Shown here: one piece after another, positions 59,207-64,000 of the stretch
How the letters are laid out: every line of letters starts with the position of its first letter
How positions within the stretch are numbered: position 1 is the stretch's first letter
Source of the DNA: an uncultured Eubacteriales bacterium
GTDB lineage: Bacteria > Bacillota > Clostridia > Oscillospirales > CAG-272
NCBI GenBank assembly: GCA_958414825.1
Contig: CATYXQ010000003.1
Location: forward strand, 3,689-67,688
Length of the DNA stretch: 64,000 nt
Direction: 5' to 3'
Made by a program: the position numbers and the translations under genes
Notes under the pieces: generated by a model
Database searches by the model: none
What the model was told of the DNA's origin: nothing
Seen by the model: the letters and a program-made list of their open reading frames with translations, nothing else

Positions 59207-60370
59207 TCAAGCGCCGCGTTTTGCCGCGATTCGGAACATCCGTTCTGTCATGCCGACCATCAAAAGGACAAACACAAAAAGATAGATCGGAAGAATCGAA
59301 AAACCAATAAGGCTGCCGAGAAATCCAAACAGCGGCGGGACAAAGGTAGATCCGACATAGGCGCTCGCCATTTGAATCCCGATCACCGCGCCCGAATTTT
59401 CCGCGCCGAAATTCGCAGGCGTGGAATGAATCATACAGGGATAAATCGGCGCGCATCCAAACCCGATAACGGCAAACCCGACAAGCGAAATCACCGGATT
59501 TTCCGCGGGTATCATCAGAGAAACAATCCCGCACGACAGAATGCAGGCGCCGAGAACGATCATGTTTCTGTCCCCAAACCGATTCATAAGGAAGCCGCCG
59601 AGAAACCTGCCGGCGGTTATCCCAATGTAAAACAGCGAAGCCAATCCCGCCGCCTGCTCAGCCGGCAAGCCCTTCGCTTCCACTAAATACGTGCTCGCCC
59701 ACCCCATCGCAGTGGCTTCTGCGGCGCAGTACGCAAAAAAGCCGAACAAAAGACAGGGAACGCCTCTGATTTTCAGCGCGCCGACAAGCCCGACGCCCCC
59801 CGCCCCGTCCTCAGCCTGTTTTCGGTTGGTTTTCTTCCAAACCGGAAGCGTGGCAAGGAGAAACAGGCCGATGCCAAGCTGAATGAACGCAGTTATTCGG
59901 TACCCGCTGTTCCATACCGAATGGGTCAGGGCATAGCGCATGATAAACGGGCTGATAATGGTTCCCACACCCCAAAAGCAGTGCAACCAGCTCATATGCT
60001 TTGAGGTATAGTGGAGGGCGACATAGTTGTTCAGCGCGGCGTCAACCGCGCCGGCGCCGAGTCCGTAGGGAACCGCAAAGACCACGAGCATCCAGAACCG
60101 GCTGGAAAAGGAAAATCCGAGCAGCGCTATCGCCGTCAGAAACACGCTGATTACCGTTACAATCTGCGTGCCGAGCTTTCCCGTCAGCCGAGCCGACAAA
60201 AGACTGGATACAATCGTTCCGCCCGATATGACCATCGAAACGATCCCCATATAGGAAACCGGAACATTCAAATCAGTATGGATAACCGGCCACCCCGCGC
60301 CAAGAAGCGAATCGGGCAGTCCGAGACTGATAAAAGCGATATAAATGAGCGCAAGCAAAAGCGAATACAT
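59207..60370 (-). CDS. MFS transporter
   Basis: Start set at MYSLLLALIYIAFISLG (track ORF extends to 60487). About 12 TM segments. Confidence 0.75.
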   Translation of the reverse strand: MYSLLLALIYIAFISLGLPDSLLGAGWPVIHTDLNVPVSYMGIVSMVISGGTIVSSLLSARLTGKLGTQIVTVISVFLTAIALLGFSFSSRFWMLVVFAVPYGLGAGAVDAALNNYVALHYTSKHMSWLHCFWGVGTIISPFIMRYALTHSVWNSGYRITAFIQLGIGLFLLATLPVWKKTNRKQAEDGAGGVGLVGALKIRGVPCLLFGFFAYCAAEATAMGWASTYLVEAKGLPAEQAAGLASLFYIGITAGRFLGGFLMNRFGDRNMIVLGACILSCGIVSLMIPAENPVISLVGFAVIGFGCAPIYPCMIHSTPANFGAENSGAVIGIQMASAYVGSTFVPPLFGFLGSLIGFSILPIYLFVFVLLMVGMTERMFRIAAKRGA

Positions 60371-60492
60371 GTCTCCATCTCCGGATTTCAATATGGTTTT
60401 TTCGTACAGCGCATCCCCGTCAGCCGGTCCGCTGTGCGAAGCGTCCGCGGCGGGCGGCGGGACTGCGCGCTTCCAAAAGCGCGGCACGGAGT

Positions 60493-60534
60493 AAAAAAGC
60501 CGCCTTTGTCTGTAGAGACAAAGGCGGCTTTTTT
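60493..60534 (-). terminator. Intrinsic (bidirectional) terminator after tRNA genes
   Basis: 12-bp stem GCCGCCTTTGTC/GACAAAGGCGGC flanked by A6 and T7. Confidence 0.8.
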
Positions 60535-60608
<74 letters not shown>

Positions 60609-60674
60609 AAAGCGCCGGGGAAAGCCCCGGAAGCGCTCGTATCGGAACATCCGCGCATTTGGCCGTTCCCCTTT

Positions 60675-60751
60675 TGGTGGACCATCTAGGACTCGAACCT
60701 AGGACCGACCGGTTATGAGCCGGTAGCTCTAACCAACTGAGCTAATGGTCC
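60675..60751 (-). tRNA. tRNA with CAT anticodon, most like tRNA-Ile2 (lysidine) rather than elongator Met
   Basis: GGACCATTAGCTCAGTTGGTTAGAGCTACCGGCTCATAACCGGTCGGTCCTAGGTTCGAGTCCTAGATGGTCCACCA. Cloverleaf is complete. The body resembles the Bacillus tRNA-Ile(CAU) as I recall it. Confidence 0.85.
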
Positions 60752-60933
60752 GAAACCGCCGTCCGATACTTTATTATTATACATCGGCATATATTCTTTG
60801 TCAAGAAAAATACGAAAAGATTTGCAGACGCGCCCGAAATTCGGGAAAGAAAAAGAACCTATTGACGTTTTTGCCGAAATCCTATATAATAACGGCAGTA
60901 TCGTTCTATCTTTATACCATTTGGGAGGAAATC

Positions 60934-61467
60934 ATGAAAAAAACTGTCTCTTTACTTCTGACCGCAGCGCTGCTGCTTTCGGCCTTTCTTCTTGTTTCCT
61001 GCGGCGGCAAGACCCCCTCGCAGGTTCTGACCGACGAACTTGAAAAGCTCCGCAGCGGAGAGATTTTTGAGGACGGAAACGCCTCGCTTTCAAACGAAGA
61101 TATGGAAATGCAGAAAAGAATCTACGAAAGCATGAAATACACCGTAGGCGAGGAAAAAATATCCGGCGATACGGCGACGGTCGCGCTCGAAATCACCGTG
61201 GTTGACATGCAGGCCGCATTCATAAAGTATATAACCGAAGCCGCGGCGCACAAGGACGAGGACAACTGGGACGCCGACGGAAAAGTGATGCTGGACATTC
61301 TCTCCGCGCCCGACGCGGCCTCCGTCACGAAAAACGTGACCGTCAGCATGGTCAAAGCCGACGGCCGCTGGACGATAGCCGAAGAAAACAACGACGATTT
61401 TCTGAACGCGGTTTCAGGCGGACTTTTCGGCTATCTGAGCGAGGCTGGAAGCGACTCCGAAAAATAA
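60934..61467 (+). CDS. Hypothetical lipoprotein
   Basis: Start at MKKTVSLLLTAALLLSAFLLVSCGG (lipobox; GGGAGGAA RBS). The track ORF starts at 60745, inside the tRNA gene. Confidence 0.6.
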   Translation: MKKTVSLLLTAALLLSAFLLVSCGGKTPSQVLTDELEKLRSGEIFEDGNASLSNEDMEMQKRIYESMKYTVGEEKISGDTATVALEITVVDMQAAFIKYITEAAAHKDEDNWDADGKVMLDILSAPDAASVTKNVTVSMVKADGRWTIAEENNDDFLNAVSGGLFGYLSEAGSDSEK

Positions 61468-61566
61468 GCGGAATTTTGTAAAAACCCGCGAAAACACCGT
61501 ACATCCGGAATCGGCGCGCCGACGCGGGCGCGCGTCTTCTCACGCCGAAAAAGAGGAGATTTGCAC

Positions 61567-62901
61567 ATGAAAAAACGAATGTTCCTACTCATAATGCTCC
61601 TGATCTGCGCATCGATCCCCTTTGTGTGTCAAGCCAAAAGCGGAGATATTGCAGGCGTTTACTATGCCACCGACATTTGCACGTCTTTAAACGGGTATGC
61701 CATCGATTCGATCAACATCGGCGGAAAGACCCTGATAAGCGCCGAGGATATGCATTTCTACAGCTTTGATGTAGTCTGGAGCGAATCGGAAAGGACGCTC
61801 CGCATTTCCCGCGCGCCCCATCCGGTAAACGGAACGCCGCCCGCCGTACAGAAATCCAACGTCCCTTCCGGAAACGTCCTCGGTTACTACTACGAAACCG
61901 ACGTCACGGCCTATCTTGACGGAAACGCAATCACCGCCTGCAACATCGGCGGCAGAACCTATATTTTAGCCGAAGAAATGCGCAACTTCGGCTATACCGT
62001 AAACTGGGACGCCGAGCGCCGGACGCTCGACATTCTCAGCGCCGACCGCGCAGGCTACGAATACTCCATTCGGCTGTCGCAGGGGCGTCCGACCGAGGAA
62101 GAGGGCGTCGGATGCTTCTCGATTGCGTACACAAAGGACGGACTTTTCGGAAGCGGCGACGCCGATCATCTGAATGCAAGGCTTGATTGCTTGGGAACGG
62201 GATACTCGGTTACAGCGGCGTTTTATCAAAACGAGGCGCTGTTTGATTCGTCAAAGCTTCTCGGCAAGCTCCAAAGCTTTGTCAGCGGCGGATACGGCGC
62301 GAGGGTCGGCGACACGCCTGAGGAAAAGGCGGATTTGGTCTCTCAAAGCGTGAAGATCTCGATCAACGGATACCCCGCGCAGCATATAGCCGTATCCGGC
62401 GGCGCGGGCAACGGACACCGCGATTTTCAGTTTACGTTTGACGGAATCCCGCTCTTTCGCCAGGACGAAATCAACACGATACACGTTTCGGTTGACGAAG
62501 ACCCGTCGGCAGAGATGTACGCGCTCCGCTTTCCCGTCTCCGAACCGGATGCGGCCGGCGCGGCTTTTGAAACGCTGAAAAAGAACCCGGAAGATTTTAT
62601 GCGCGGCAGCTACACGTTCGGCGGCTATCTGCTGATAAACGTCTGTGAGATCCCGGTTTTCGGAACCGTAATCGAGCGTCTGTACGTCCTGCGGCTCGAC
62701 GACGGCGCAGTTTTATATGACGCGCTTGAAGCGGTACGGGACTTTGACGGATATAACTTCGCGAATTTAAGCGTGTATGACGTGAAAACAGACGAGCAGG
62801 GCAATCTGCTTTTTGCCTGCATGTCCGATAAGAAAAACGGCAATTTTCTGGTAGAAGCCGAATCGGGCAAGGCGCGGCTGCTGTCTGAGTACGACCGGTA
62901 A
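61567..62901 (+). CDS. Hypothetical secreted protein
   Basis: Signal peptide MKKRMFLLIMLLICASIPFVCQA. Two N-terminal repeats of the type Y..TDI..YLNG..I...NIGG.T.I.AE.M..Y.F.V.W. No family recognised. Confidence 0.5.
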   Translation: MKKRMFLLIMLLICASIPFVCQAKSGDIAGVYYATDICTSLNGYAIDSINIGGKTLISAEDMHFYSFDVVWSESERTLRISRAPHPVNGTPPAVQKSNVPSGNVLGYYYETDVTAYLDGNAITACNIGGRTYILAEEMRNFGYTVNWDAERRTLDILSADRAGYEYSIRLSQGRPTEEEGVGCFSIAYTKDGLFGSGDADHLNARLDCLGTGYSVTAAFYQNEALFDSSKLLGKLQSFVSGGYGARVGDTPEEKADLVSQSVKISINGYPAQHIAVSGGAGNGHRDFQFTFDGIPLFRQDEINTIHVSVDEDPSAEMYALRFPVSEPDAAGAAFETLKKNPEDFMRGSYTFGGYLLINVCEIPVFGTVIERLYVLRLDDGAVLYDALEAVRDFDGYNFANLSVYDVKTDEQGNLLFACMSDKKNGNFLVEAESGKARLLSEYDR

Positions 62902-63042
62902 GCAACCGGAATTTACAGTTCAGAATGTTTTTTGACCGCGTATCGCGCCCGCTCAAATGAGGGACGGACATACGCGAATACGCAAAAAAGGACAATGCAC
63001 GCCCTACCGCCGTAAAACCGGAGGTTTGCGGCGGCGATACGC

Positions 63043-63073
63043 AAAGAGCAGCCGATGAAAGCGGCTGCTCTTT
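63043..63073. terminator. Bidirectional intrinsic terminator between convergent genes
   Basis: 12-bp stem AAAGAGCAGCCG/CGGCTGCTCTTT with a 7-nt loop. Confidence 0.7.
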
Positions 63074-63100
63074 GTATGTACCCTCAAGGTTCTGCGCGGT

Positions 63101-63307
63101 TTATTTTTCCTCCTGCTCGCAGATCGCTTTTTTGACGGCGGCCATATCCACAATGCCTTCCGCCGCAAGATACGCGACCACGGAGGCGACGATTGCCGTC
63201 ACCCCCTCGGTCACATTGCCGCCGACAATCAGCACAATGCCGCTCACGACGCCCGTTACCGCCACCAAAAACTTCCGGCTGCCCACTTTTCTTAAAAATT
63301 CTTTCAT
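63101..63307 (-). CDS. Small membrane protein, holin-like
   Basis: 68 aa. Two hydrophobic segments (FLVAVTGVVSGIVLIVGG, VTAIVASVVAYLAAEGIV) and a charged C-terminus. Last gene of a tight three-gene cassette. Confidence 0.4.
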   Translation of the reverse strand: MKEFLRKVGSRKFLVAVTGVVSGIVLIVGGNVTEGVTAIVASVVAYLAAEGIVDMAAVKKAICEQEEK

Positions 63308-63310
63308 TGC

Positions 63311-63562
63311 TCACACCTCGTCAATCTGGGGCGGCTCCGTATGGCCGCCCTTTATTTTCTCTTTGTTCTCATAGGCGCTTTTGAGCATATAGCTCACAAT
63401 TCCGCCGGTCATCGGCGCGCCGATATACAGCAGAAGATCCGACAGATTCACGGTGCAGTCCCCGCGCACAAGCTGCACAAGGACGACCGCGACGCCGAGC
63501 AGCGCGCACAAAAACCATGCGCCGATCAAAAGCGCAATCACGCATTTTGAAAATTCTCTCAT
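63311..63562 (-). CDS. Small membrane protein (two TM segments)
   Basis: Start set at MREFSKCVIALLIGAWFLCALLG, whose ATG overlaps the TGA of the upstream M23 gene (ATGA). The track ORF extends to 63634. Confidence 0.4.
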   Translation of the reverse strand: MREFSKCVIALLIGAWFLCALLGVAVVLVQLVRGDCTVNLSDLLLYIGAPMTGGIVSYMLKSAYENKEKIKGGHTEPPQIDEV

Positions 63563-64000
63563 CGCTGCAGCGCCTCCGCCATGTTGCGGATCAGATCGGG
63601 CAGATATTGCAGTTTTTCCGCGTTTTTCTTCCAATACTCCGGACTTGACAGTACGCCGCGCGCCTGCAGCGTATCCACCGCCGCGCTCAGCGACATGCGC
63701 TCGTATGTGCCGACCGCGTTCGGAATTTGCAGCACTTCTGCCGGATTAACCTTCGTCTTTCCGTCCGCGCGCCGCACCTCAAAGTGCAGATGCGCGCCGA
63801 ACGAATAGCCCGTGTTCCCCATGACGCCGAGCTTTTCGCCGCTTTTTACATTCTGCCCCTCGCGCACCGCGCGCGAATCCAAATGACAGTAATAGTGGTA
63901 CTGTCCGGACGCTGTTTTCACACACACATAGTTTCCCCACTGCCAGGTCAGATTCTGCTTGTCGGTCACGATCCGGGAACGCACGACCGTGCCGCTCTCG
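63559..64000 (-). CDS. M23 (LytM/lysostaphin-type) peptidase, 5' end outside window
   Basis: The frame is open to the window edge. M23 signature GNTGYSFGAHLHFEVR preceded by HYYCHLD. C-terminal extra domain of about 60 aa. Confidence 0.7.
   Translation of the reverse strand, partial: ESGTVVRSRIVTDKQNLTWQWGNYVCVKTASGQYHYYCHLDSRAVREGQNVKSGEKLGVMGNTGYSFGAHLHFEVRRADGKTKVNPAEVLQIPNAVGTYERMSLSAAVDTLQARGVLSSPEYWKKNAEKLQYLPDLIRNMAEALQR

Noticed and set aside
60745-60933. N-terminal extension of the lipoprotein ORF (track start 60745)
   Set aside because: The extension begins inside the tRNA gene on the opposite strand. The ATG at 60934 has a strong RBS and starts a canonical lipoprotein signal peptide.

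Overview
High-GC (about 60% by eye) Firmicutes/Clostridia-type chromosomal segment. The SLH domains, a dockerin, hprK and mreBCD-pbp2 suggest an Oscillospiraceae/Ruminococcaceae-like organism. I support about 50 CDS, two tRNAs, several promoters and intrinsic terminators.

Core blocks:
- hprK
- proB-proA-thiI-(attenuator)-pnuC on the minus strand
- a translationally coupled zapA-U32 peptidase-maf-mreB-mreC-mreD-pbp2-nth cluster
- asnS plus an aminotransferase
- alr
- aspS-truB-pgeF

Accessory blocks:
- A glycan-utilisation/cell-surface locus (24.1-45.2 kb). It holds three GH43-containing surface proteins (two are giant tandem paralogues), a related 472-aa protein, an SBP without permeases, AraC regulators, a GH2 beta-galactosidase and an unassigned 696-aa protein.
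- A low-GC type II restriction-modification pair (53.5-54.9 kb).
- A low-GC XRE repressor with a divergent promoter/operator (58.6-59.1 kb).
- The edge of an M23 peptidase plus two small membrane protein cassette (63.1-64.0 kb).

The most unusual signal is a ~117-nt three-hairpin sequence that occurs three times (4.6, 22.5 and 30.9 kb). Each copy is intergenic and co-oriented with the upstream gene. One copy is framed by a consensus promoter and its own terminator, and another supplies the stop codon of a 1441-aa gene. I do not recognise it as any known RNA family or IS end.

I saw no CRISPR array, transposase, integrase or reverse transcriptase. Many long ORFs in the track are antisense artefacts of high GC. 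Coordinates of non-CDS features were read by eye and may be off by 1-2 nt.
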